Part shown: positions 1 to 7,592 of the stretch, in pieces
Layout of the letters: each line of letters opens with the position of its first letter
How positions within the stretch are numbered: the first letter of the stretch is position 1
Source: a virus
Lineage: Duplodnaviria; Caudoviricetes
DNA length: 48,576 nt
Reading direction: 5' to 3' (one strand)
Virus record (IMG/VR): IMGVR_UViG_3300030372_001698
Span: 1-48,576 of that record
The notes under the pieces: model-generated
Databases searched by the model: none
Told to the model about the DNA's origin: nothing
Seen by the model: the letters and a program-made list of their open reading frames with translations, nothing else
Position numbers and translations under genes: made by a program

Positions 1-53
1 ATACACTAAAAAAAGTGTATATTTCAAACCGAAAACAAGAAACGAGGTAAAAA

Positions 54-233
54 ATGTCTATATATTATCCACATTTGCGTAAAGATAGATTAAAAATGAT
101 ACAAAAGATTTTTGAAGTAAATGGTTACAAACTAAGTTTAAATAAAATTACTAATATGTATAATACTAAGAAAAGTCAATATGGATTTATTTGCAATTAT
201 AGGAATAATCCAAATATGTTGAAAGGAACATAA
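54..233 (+). CDS. hypothetical early protein (59 aa, MSIYYPHLRK...), below the ORF-track cutoff
   Basis: GAGGT RBS at 44-48, ATG 54, TAA 231-233; next ORF starts 2 nt later. Confidence 0.6.
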   Translation: MSIYYPHLRKDRLKMIQKIFEVNGYKLSLNKITNMYNTKKSQYGFICNYRNNPNMLKGT

Positions 234-234
234 C

Positions 235-435
235 ATGAAAGTAAAAACTACGATTAATGAGGTAAAATCTGGTTGTCGTCAAGCCCAAGACGATATCAGC
301 AATATTAACAAAGGGCAAACTGATTTCGTATTGCTATTTTCTGATAATGTGCAACAGATTGCTGATATGCATTCAATCATTACAGAAAATGAACAAAATA
401 CAACTTCTAGATCCAATATAGCGATACGGAATTAG
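235..435 (+). CDS. hypothetical early protein (66 aa)
   Basis: AAAGGA RBS upstream; tight packing in the early gene run. Confidence 0.65.
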   Translation: MKVKTTINEVKSGCRQAQDDISNINKGQTDFVLLFSDNVQQIADMHSIITENEQNTTSRSNIAIRN

Positions 436-444
436 TTTATACAA

Positions 445-680
445 TGCGGTGTCTTATAGTTACCTCGTAAGGCATCGCAACACTTTAAAAAAATTATCTT
501 ATTATCACCATCAAAATGGAGGTGATTTATAATGAGATAATATAAAGGGTGTATAATTAGTCTTTGACAACCGCTACTGATAGATATGTTCGGTCAATAT
601 TAAATCTAAGAAATACATACCAATTTGGCTGTTTATAGCATGAACTCATTGTGAGTTCTATAAGTCTATGGGCAGCCAAA
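445..680 (+). other. cluster of at least three intergenic stem-loops (445-479, 493-541, 624-680)
   Basis: TGCGGTGTCTTA/TAAGGCATCGCA; ATTATCTTATTA/TAATGAGATAAT; TTTGGCTGTTTATAG/CTATGGGCAGCCAAA. Mismatches are G:U-compatible on the + strand. Confidence 0.6.
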
Positions 681-718
681 ACATAATTAAAAAATTAACA
701 ACTAACATGGAGTAAAAA

Positions 719-1408
719 ATGATAATAGGAAGCGATAAACAAATAAGTAGATTTAAGAAAGAAGTAGATAAAAAAGAAAGAAAATTAAATCATCCAGTAA
801 ATGTATTTGATGATAATATTAATGATGATTTTCAAAAAATAGATTTACCTGATTTTACAATTATAATGCTAGGTAAACTATTAAATTATATTTGTCATAG
901 ACAATATCTTGAAAAAATATCAGCAAATGATATTGATAGTTGGCACAATCATGATGTTTATGTAAAATTTCGTGAGTATGACAAAGATAAAGTAAAAACT
1001 AGAGCATTAAAAGATGTAAAAGATAACCAAATAGAATTTGATGATTTAATATATAAATTTAGGTCTAGAGATATAAATCAAAAAACAAGAACTAAACTTA
1101 ATGATTTAATATTCTCTGAATTATCTTTTAAGAAAATACCACTTGTTAAAACTACATTAGGTAATCTTGTTTCAAATAGATATATGAATACAAGTTATTT
1201 AAAAGATGGTCAATTAAGACAAAGAGGTTGTGCTTCTGGTGTATTTGATTGCGATATGTGTTTTAACGAAGACATAGTAGCACCAATAGAAGTAATATTA
1301 CAATTAGATGAAAGACAATCAATATTGTTTCGTAAAGAAGTATACAGAAACAATCAATATGATCCAAACAGTTCAATGAGTTATTTATGGAAAAAGGAGG
1401 ATATGTAA
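719..1408 (+). CDS. hypothetical early protein (229 aa)
   Basis: GGAG RBS, long ORF, no recognised motif. Confidence 0.8.
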   Translation: MIIGSDKQISRFKKEVDKKERKLNHPVNVFDDNINDDFQKIDLPDFTIIMLGKLLNYICHRQYLEKISANDIDSWHNHDVYVKFREYDKDKVKTRALKDVKDNQIEFDDLIYKFRSRDINQKTRTKLNDLIFSELSFKKIPLVKTTLGNLVSNRYMNTSYLKDGQLRQRGCASGVFDCDMCFNEDIVAPIEVILQLDERQSILFRKEVYRNNQYDPNSSMSYLWKKEDM

Positions 1409-1635
1409 TGATGGACTTAATAATATTTCTTTGTTTTGTATTGTTTATGCTTTTAGCAATATGCTGGATACAAGCAATAGAAATAGAAAAAAAGAAAGAA
1501 CGAATTAAATATTTAAAGGAAAGTAATGAACTTTATTACAATGCTTTAAAATTTGAAAATTATGCTAATGGAAATACATGTTGTGAATATCACCCTAACG
1601 CAATTATAGATCCAGAAACTGGTGAACTTGTATGA
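1408..1635 (+). CDS. small membrane protein (N-terminal TM helix plus coiled coil)
   Basis: AGGAGG RBS favours MMDLIIFLCFVLFMLLAICW start (TAATG overlap) over the track start at 1387. Confidence 0.7.
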   Translation: MMDLIIFLCFVLFMLLAICWIQAIEIEKKKERIKYLKESNELYYNALKFENYANGNTCCEYHPNAIIDPETGELV

Positions 1636-2003
1636 AATATTTACATGAAGCATTAATTTCATTTTATGAATTTCAAGGAATATTGAATACTATGCGTTAT
1701 ACAGACGCAACAAAACAGTATATGACATTTGATAGGGTTACTGAAAAATGGATAAAAGATAACAATTTGATAGCAAAAGTTCCTATAAAAGGAATAAAAT
1801 CTATTCGACCATTTCGTGGTAGTTATTATTATCCTAACGAAACAATGATTGTTAAGTTTCACAAACCCTATCATGTCTATAATAATGGCATGAGAATAAC
1901 TTCTAATGATTTAATGTCTATCATAAATAGAAAGAAAAAATTTCAAATGTTAGATATACATAAAAAAAGAAGATATTTATATGTTAAATTAAGTGAGGAG
2001 TAA
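1632..2003 (+). CDS. hypothetical protein (123 aa)
   Basis: ATGA overlap with the upstream gene. Confidence 0.75.
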   Translation: MKYLHEALISFYEFQGILNTMRYTDATKQYMTFDRVTEKWIKDNNLIAKVPIKGIKSIRPFRGSYYYPNETMIVKFHKPYHVYNNGMRITSNDLMSIINRKKKFQMLDIHKKRRYLYVKLSEE

Positions 2004-2164
2004 TGAAAAAAGATGGAAATAATACAATTCGTCTTAGTGCTCGCAGTAAGCGGAATAGTACTGTGGGTGCTAAACACAAAATAAAGAAGATGACAAAAAA
2101 CAAAAAAAGATTTAATGATTTTATATTAGACAAAATAATGGATGATATAGAATCATGGCGTTAG
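2003..2164 (+). CDS. hypothetical basic protein (53 aa, MKKDGNNTIRLS...)
   Basis: TAATG coupling to the previous stop; fills the gap up to a hairpin. Confidence 0.5.
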   Translation: MKKDGNNTIRLSARSKRNSTVGAKHKIKKMTKNKKRFNDFILDKIMDDIESWR

Positions 2165-2213
2165 TTGTTATCTTCCTTTCGGTAACAAAGGTGGCTACAG
2201 CAATGTGGCCACC
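2165..2213 (+). other. tandem stem-loops, second with GCAA tetraloop
   Basis: TTGTTATC-ttcctttc-GGTAACAA (2165-2188) and GGTGGCTACA-gcaa-TGTGGCCACC (2190-2213). Confidence 0.65.
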
Positions 2214-2230
2214 ACAAACTTGGAGGACAT

Positions 2231-2368
2231 ATGCAACATTATTGGTATGATGCTGATGCAGATATTATGTATATAGCATGCTTACAATCTGGTGAATTAA
2301 TGTTAATACTTTTTTTAACAATAATTGCATGGGAAACAATAAAATACATATTGTTTAAATTAAAATGA
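2231..2368 (+). CDS. small membrane protein (45 aa, MQHYWYDAD...)
   Basis: GGAGG RBS, hydrophobic stretch LMLILFLTIIAW, ATGA overlap with the next gene. Confidence 0.7.
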   Translation: MQHYWYDADADIMYIACLQSGELMLILFLTIIAWETIKYILFKLK

Positions 2369-2559
2369 TTATTAAATACGATAAAAATAGAAATCCATAT
2401 ATTTATAGTAAACATGGTGTAAAACAAACTAAAAAATGGCGTCAAGAAACAGCTGAATATTTTCGTAAAAAGTATGGATCTTGGTATATATTTGTAGGTT
2501 GTTCTTTACACAATAGTAAAAATACATGGATTGAAAGGTACAGGAAAAAGGAAGTATGA
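2365..2559 (+). CDS. hypothetical protein (64 aa)
   Basis: ATGA overlaps at both ends. Confidence 0.7.
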   Translation: MIIKYDKNRNPYIYSKHGVKQTKKWRQETAEYFRKKYGSWYIFVGCSLHNSKNTWIERYRKKEV

Positions 2560-2996
2560 GTATGAGTAACAACGATATGATACTTAAAGATGTAATGGAT
2601 TCAATTAAAAATTCTGGTGAACAACTAGAAGCAGAAAAAACTATTACATGGGAAGATTTGGGTGATATACAAGCAAAATTAGTCAAGATTTTATCACAAA
2701 GACTAAAAACAGGCGCTGAAAAATATCATCAAGAACTACCAATATTTACGATTGAAGATAAAGATCGTGATAATTTGTTTGAATGTGAACAAGAAATATT
2801 AGATGCACTAAATTATAGTAGTGCTGGTCGCATGAAAGCAGCAGAATTTGTAGATAAACATAAACAAAATGATTATCGAATACAAATGACAAGGGTTATC
2901 GCCCATCTATGTTATGCTTTTTTTAATTTAAAATTAGCACAACAAATAGAAAATAATATTAATATTAATAATAAAAACCCCGAAGGAGGTATATAA
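2556..2996 (+). CDS. possible all-alpha nucleotide pyrophosphohydrolase-like protein
   Basis: GAEKY...RDNLFECEQEILDALNY resembles the G..KY / EE.LD...Y signature of phage MazG/dNTP-diphosphohydrolase-like proteins. Confidence 0.4.
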   Translation: MSMSNNDMILKDVMDSIKNSGEQLEAEKTITWEDLGDIQAKLVKILSQRLKTGAEKYHQELPIFTIEDKDRDNLFECEQEILDALNYSSAGRMKAAEFVDKHKQNDYRIQMTRVIAHLCYAFFNLKLAQQIENNININNKNPEGGI

Positions 2997-3238
2997 TGGC
3001 AGATAATGGTCTTACCATTCGTCTAATGTATGGCTCAGCTAACTTTGCTGAAACATCATTACCATCTAACGTAACTACAGTAGCACACTTAAAATCACAT
3101 TTAGGTAATGTTCCTGCTAATGCGTCAGTAAATATCAATCAAACAGTCGTTATGGATGATAGTACTGAATTAACAGATGGTGCTTCAGTTGCAATCGTTG
3201 CTAGTAATAAAACTGGTGGCGTTCCAGCTGTAGCTTAA
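2996..3238 (+). CDS. ubiquitin-like (beta-grasp, ThiS/MoaD/Ub superfamily) protein precursor
   Basis: 80 aa; beta-beta-alpha (TTVAHLKSHL)-beta pattern; ELTDGASVAIV matches L.DGD.V.I; KTGG at aa 72-75 followed by VPAVA; AGGAGG RBS; same operon as E1 and JAB. Confidence 0.85.
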   Translation: MADNGLTIRLMYGSANFAETSLPSNVTTVAHLKSHLGNVPANASVNINQTVVMDDSTELTDGASVAIVASNKTGGVPAVA

Positions 3239-3246
3239 TAAAAACC

Positions 3247-3356
3247 GTAAAGGGCTAACACAAATCCTTACTATCATCTATACCCTATCAGTTAGAATGT
3301 CTCATTGAGATTGTATTTCGTACAATCAAAAAGTAAGTTGATAGTTAGCCCTTTAC
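3247..3356 (+). ncRNA. candidate structured RNA element between Ubl and E2-like genes
   Basis: 13-bp perfect IR GTAAAGGGCTAAC (3247-3259)/GTTAGCCCTTTAC (3344-3356); inner CTTACT/AGTAAG pair; GATTGTA-tttcg-TACAATC hairpin. Confidence 0.5.
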
Positions 3357-3377
3357 ATTAACTTGTAAAGGTAAAAA

Positions 3378-5249
3378 ATGAAATTAGAAATAGAAAATTG
3401 GAAACCTGATATTCAAGCCATTGCAGATAATATTAGGTTAGGTCCTCAAAGAGATATATTAAATCTTGTTGATGACATAAACAGAAGATACATATGTACT
3501 ACATGGATCTCTGGAAATAGAAGTTATTTAGGTGAAGATTCTATAAAACCGATTGGAGTAACACCTAAATTTAGATTTAAAGCGGGTTACAGAAAATCAA
3601 TCATAGAAACACTTGTAAATAGGTTTCATCAATATGATAAACCTGGTTCATTGGAAACTTTGTTTAGTAGGAATTACAATACTACATATTCACGAGAAGC
3701 ATTTCAAGATTTAGTATTACAATTAAATACTAAAATGAAAAATTATCGTGGAAGCGGTTTACAATGGCAAGATAATTCAGAAGTTCTTACAGAAGCAATT
3801 AATATTATGATGAATAAAATTAATCAACAAAAAGAACTTATAGAAAATATCAATGCTGATGAAAACAATAACTACACATGTGAATTAGATATTTACACAG
3901 CTGATGTTAACAATCTATGGAATGGTACGCAGTTTAGTGCTGGATTACCAGATGATATAGAACAAGAAACAATAGATGCAATAGAGTGGGAAACTTCTAT
4001 GATTGTATTTAATGTTCATATTAAAAATCCTAAATTACGTTTTGTAAAACGTCCTAGCGATGAATGGGAAGATGAGGATAATCCAGAAGGTCTACAAACA
4101 ACAGGTAGTGTTGAATATTTAGGTGAATTAGATGTAGATGATATTAATTTATCGTTTGGTATAAATATACAAGAATGGTTAAATACTTTAATTAATCAAT
4201 CTATGGATATAACTGAAATTGGTACTCATAACTTTTCATCTAACAGAACACGTACAAATAGAGCTTATAGTACATCACATCAACGTAGTATTTATGTACA
4301 AAATTTGTACAAATGCGCTCAATGGCACGGTACAATAAAAGGAGCTAACAATAGATATTTAGCAACAAATCCTGGATCATCACCATCAAACATGAATGTA
4401 GTCTTATTTCCTTATATTAGCACTAGTTTAGAAGCTAGGGAATTTGCACACATGACTGATCAAAATGATATGCATGGTGTATGTTATGGTGAATTAGACA
4501 CAGCAATGAATTCAAATTTATTACAATTAGAATTTACAGATTTGCTAATGTTTATACCAGCATGGCTAACATGGAATTGCAATACATCTAATCCTTTAAA
4601 TGGCATATCAAAATTAACATTAATAGCAGATAAACGACTTTCTAAAAAAGCGTGGGAAGCTATAGGTTTTGATACATTTGATAGACATATGAGATTGTGT
4701 GATTTATTTGCAGCACATGTTCCTAGTCATGAACGTTATGGCGGTCATAGAAATTCAATGGAAGAATCATTGTTACAACAAATGGAACGATTTTTAGATG
4801 GTTTCTATGTTCGTGACTATAGTCAAGAAAAAGCATTTCTTTTAGAATCTATGAGAGAAATATATGAATATGATACTCAAGAAGCAAGAGATGTACTTGA
4901 CGCTTCTGTTGAATTAAATGGTGAAGTAAACGGTATGTTACAAATTATTTTAGAACATTACATCAATGCTAATTACGCAATGCAAGAATATGTTAAAAAT
5001 GATTGTTATTACTGGAAAGATACTACAAGAGCTGACGAATTTGAAGAAGTCGTAAATTATCTATGTGGTAAAGAAAAATCTCTAACAGAACAAGTAGAAC
5101 AACTTGAAGAAGATTTGTTTGAAATGGATCATCCAACTGGCGAACAAGAAGCACAATTTGAAGAACCTATTGATGATGATATTGATAGAGATGTACGTGA
5201 ACGAGAAATGGCAATATGGGTAGCAACCCGAGGAGGTCACAATGGCTAA
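3378..5249 (+). CDS. large protein with candidate prokaryotic E2 (Ub-conjugating) domain
   Basis: FPYIS...HGVCYGELD...WLTWN...NP resembles the HP(H/N)I...CLG...WL..YN..P core of E2 folds (Cys369); located between Ubl and JAB. Confidence 0.55.
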   Translation: MKLEIENWKPDIQAIADNIRLGPQRDILNLVDDINRRYICTTWISGNRSYLGEDSIKPIGVTPKFRFKAGYRKSIIETLVNRFHQYDKPGSLETLFSRNYNTTYSREAFQDLVLQLNTKMKNYRGSGLQWQDNSEVLTEAINIMMNKINQQKELIENINADENNNYTCELDIYTADVNNLWNGTQFSAGLPDDIEQETIDAIEWETSMIVFNVHIKNPKLRFVKRPSDEWEDEDNPEGLQTTGSVEYLGELDVDDINLSFGINIQEWLNTLINQSMDITEIGTHNFSSNRTRTNRAYSTSHQRSIYVQNLYKCAQWHGTIKGANNRYLATNPGSSPSNMNVVLFPYISTSLEAREFAHMTDQNDMHGVCYGELDTAMNSNLLQLEFTDLLMFIPAWLTWNCNTSNPLNGISKLTLIADKRLSKKAWEAIGFDTFDRHMRLCDLFAAHVPSHERYGGHRNSMEESLLQQMERFLDGFYVRDYSQEKAFLLESMREIYEYDTQEARDVLDASVELNGEVNGMLQIILEHYINANYAMQEYVKNDCYYWKDTTRADEFEEVVNYLCGKEKSLTEQVEQLEEDLFEMDHPTGEQEAQFEEPIDDDIDRDVREREMAIWVATRGGHNG

Positions 5250-6201
5250 TTTCTATATAAGTCATAAAGATTGGAAAAAGTTGCAAAACTTTGCACAATA
5301 TGCTTATGATGAATATAAATCAGAAATAGGTGGATTTCTTATAGCTGAACAAGATGAAGATAATAAATGGAAAATGCATAAACCAGTAATACTAAAACAA
5401 GAAATTAGTGGCGGTAATACAGAAATAGACAAAGATGCATTAGCTCAATATTATGTTGAAACAGCTATGAAAATGAAAAACAAACCGTTTCAATTTGTAT
5501 GGTGGCATAGTCATCATACAATGGCAGTATTTTGGTCTGCAACAGATCTAACTGCAATAGATGAATTTAGTAATGGACAAATGTCTATATCTCTTGTTAT
5601 TAATTTACAACAAGAATATAAACTACGAGTTAACTTGTGGCATCCATACAAAATGCATCAAGATGTAGAAATGGATATTATTGACAAACCAGCAACTAAA
5701 ACAATACCAAAAAGTATTGTTAAACAAGTTGATGAATTGTGTGATAAACCAACATATAATTTAATTAATACAACTAATTACAAGTATGATGGTAATAGAT
5801 GGAGAACTTCTAATAGTTACAAACAGTTAAATATGTTTGGTAAAGACGATGATCCAGAAATGACACAATTAGAAGCAGAAGTCGATAATGTTCTATTAGA
5901 TTATTTAACTAATTTTGATATTAATGAATATAAAGTATCTATAAATAAGTTAAATAATAGACTTACAAAAGCAAAAAGTGAATTAAGAGTTGGTTGTGTC
6001 GATCAATCAGACGAACAATTCTTATATCAAGCCATAACACAATTTGACGCAGACTTTTGGATACATCAAAAAGATGTTCAATGGACATTTTTAGATAAAT
6101 GTATAGAAGGTGATTTAGATTGTGAAGATATGGGTGCTTATGATGTAATAGATTACAATAACAGCTTTAAAGGAGGTATCGATGTTAAGTCAAAGATATA
6201 G
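5242..6201 (+). CDS. JAB/MPN+ (JAMM) metalloisopeptidase
   Basis: E28 (SEIGG) and H89-S-H91-x7-S99-x2-D102 (WWHSHHTMAVFWSATD): complete JAMM motif. Confidence 0.92.
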   Translation: MANFYISHKDWKKLQNFAQYAYDEYKSEIGGFLIAEQDEDNKWKMHKPVILKQEISGGNTEIDKDALAQYYVETAMKMKNKPFQFVWWHSHHTMAVFWSATDLTAIDEFSNGQMSISLVINLQQEYKLRVNLWHPYKMHQDVEMDIIDKPATKTIPKSIVKQVDELCDKPTYNLINTTNYKYDGNRWRTSNSYKQLNMFGKDDDPEMTQLEAEVDNVLLDYLTNFDINEYKVSINKLNNRLTKAKSELRVGCVDQSDEQFLYQAITQFDADFWIHQKDVQWTFLDKCIEGDLDCEDMGAYDVIDYNNSFKGGIDVKSKI

Positions 6202-6829
6202 TAGTATTGTAAGTACATTTCATGAATATACATATCATATATTAGGTTGCGGTGCTATTGGTAGTGCCGCAGCTACTCAGATAGTTAGAATGGGTGGCAC
6301 AGAACTAAAATTATATGATATGGATCATGTCAGTGATGAAAATCTTGGCGTATCTATGTTTCGTGTTGAAGACTTAAAAAAGCCTAAAACAGAAGCATTG
6401 GAATTAATATGTAAAACAATTAATCCATTAGTAGATATACAATGTTTTACAAAAAGGTTCGATAATTACATACCAAGTATTGAAGGTAATGATATTATTG
6501 TTCTAGGTTTCGATAGCATGCAGTCTCGATTAGAAGCCGTAGAAATAATATGCAAAATACAAAAACCATTTTTACTTATCGATGGTCGTATGGGTGCAGA
6601 ACATTACCAGCAATATGTATTAGAACAACCTACATTATCTAAATATAAATCAACTTGGTATTCAGATGATGAAGGAAGTGAAGAGCCTTGTAATGCAAAA
6701 GCAACATCTTATTGTAGCAATATGTCTGGTAGTTTTATAGCAAATTCTATTAGGAAAGTGTTAACAGAACAACCATACAATAAACAAATGGATTTCCATT
6801 TTCCTACAATGATGTTGAGAGTTAAATAA
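6182..6829 (+). CDS. ThiF/MoeB-family E1-like activating enzyme
   Basis: GCGAIG nucleotide-binding loop, YDMDHVSDENL, KPKTEAL, IDGRMG, candidate catalytic Cys170 (EEPCNAKAT). Confidence 0.92.
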   Translation: MLSQRYSSIVSTFHEYTYHILGCGAIGSAAATQIVRMGGTELKLYDMDHVSDENLGVSMFRVEDLKKPKTEALELICKTINPLVDIQCFTKRFDNYIPSIEGNDIIVLGFDSMQSRLEAVEIICKIQKPFLLIDGRMGAEHYQQYVLEQPTLSKYKSTWYSDDEGSEEPCNAKATSYCSNMSGSFIANSIRKVLTEQPYNKQMDFHFPTMMLRVK

Positions 6830-6862
6830 TTAAGGTTTTTTATTATTTTCCTTAATTGTTAT

Positions 6863-6915
6863 ATGTCCAGCACGATCTAATCTTCTTAAATTGTGTTGGA
6901 CATTAACTCTTTTTA
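6863..6915 (+). terminator. probable intrinsic terminator after the Ubl-E2-JAB-E1 operon
   Basis: ATGTCCAGCACGAT/ATTGTGTTGGACAT stem (6863-6903, two G:U) followed by a T-rich tract. Confidence 0.55.
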
Positions 6916-6924
6916 TTGTATATT
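6896..6924 (+). promoter_or_regulatory. possible sigma70-type promoter for the replication module
   Basis: TTGGAC-17 nt-TATATT upstream of the 6972 gene. Confidence 0.35.
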
Positions 6925-6971
6925 AGCACACTAAAAAAAATTTAATATTAACTTAAACTGGAGAAATTAAA

Positions 6972-7592
6972 ATGGGATTTAATATAAAAGACTATACATT
7001 AGTCAAAGATCGACTTGTTGCATTTCGTGATGAGTTTCCATTATCAAGCATTACTACTGAATTAATTAGTGTAAGCAATATAGTAGATTCACCTACAGGT
7101 GATTATGCTAATGAATACATAGTAAAAGCTACAGTAATACCAAATCCACTACAAGAACCAGACGTATGTTACACTGGCTTAGCAGCTGAAAGAGATAACA
7201 CTGGTTTTGTAAATAAAAGTTCAGCAATAGAAAATTGTGAAACCTCAGCAGTAGGTAGAGCATTAGCATTTGCTGGTTTTGGTGGTGATGTGCAATTTGC
7301 AAGTGCAGAAGAATTAGTAAATGCAAAAACAGCACAATCAAAATCTGCTTTAACAAATGATTTATTAGAAGTAATGGATAATTTGTTTAAAGTAGCAGTT
7401 CCACATTTAACTGAAGAACAACAAAAAACATATAGAGATAGACGTAGTTCTGGATACTATGATACTAAAGTTAAATGGCGTAAAACTGTAGATGGTTTTA
7501 TAACTTTATCTAAACCACAAAAAACTAAACCTATAGATAATAAGGAGGTTAAGAAAGTTGGAAAAACCAAAAGCAAAAAAAATGCCAAGTGA
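6972..7592 (+). CDS. Rad52/Sak-like single-strand annealing protein
   Basis: DY..VKDRL..F, ENCETSAVGRALAFAG, ASAEE motifs typical of this phage family; upstream of SSB. Confidence 0.7.
   Translation: MGFNIKDYTLVKDRLVAFRDEFPLSSITTELISVSNIVDSPTGDYANEYIVKATVIPNPLQEPDVCYTGLAAERDNTGFVNKSSAIENCETSAVGRALAFAGFGGDVQFASAEELVNAKTAQSKSALTNDLLEVMDNLFKVAVPHLTEEQQKTYRDRRSSGYYDTKVKWRKTVDGFITLSKPQKTKPIDNKEVKKVGKTKSKKNAK

Noticed and set aside
545-622. Possible hammerhead ribozyme (CTGATAGA...GAAA)
   Set aside because: Core deviates from CUGANGA and I could not build the three required stems
2996-6829. Thiamine/molybdopterin or tRNA-thiolation auxiliary metabolic cassette
   Set aside because: No ThiG, MoaE, cysteine synthase, rhodanese or PP-loop thiolase recognised; JAB plus E2-like gene fits conjugation better, though not formally excluded
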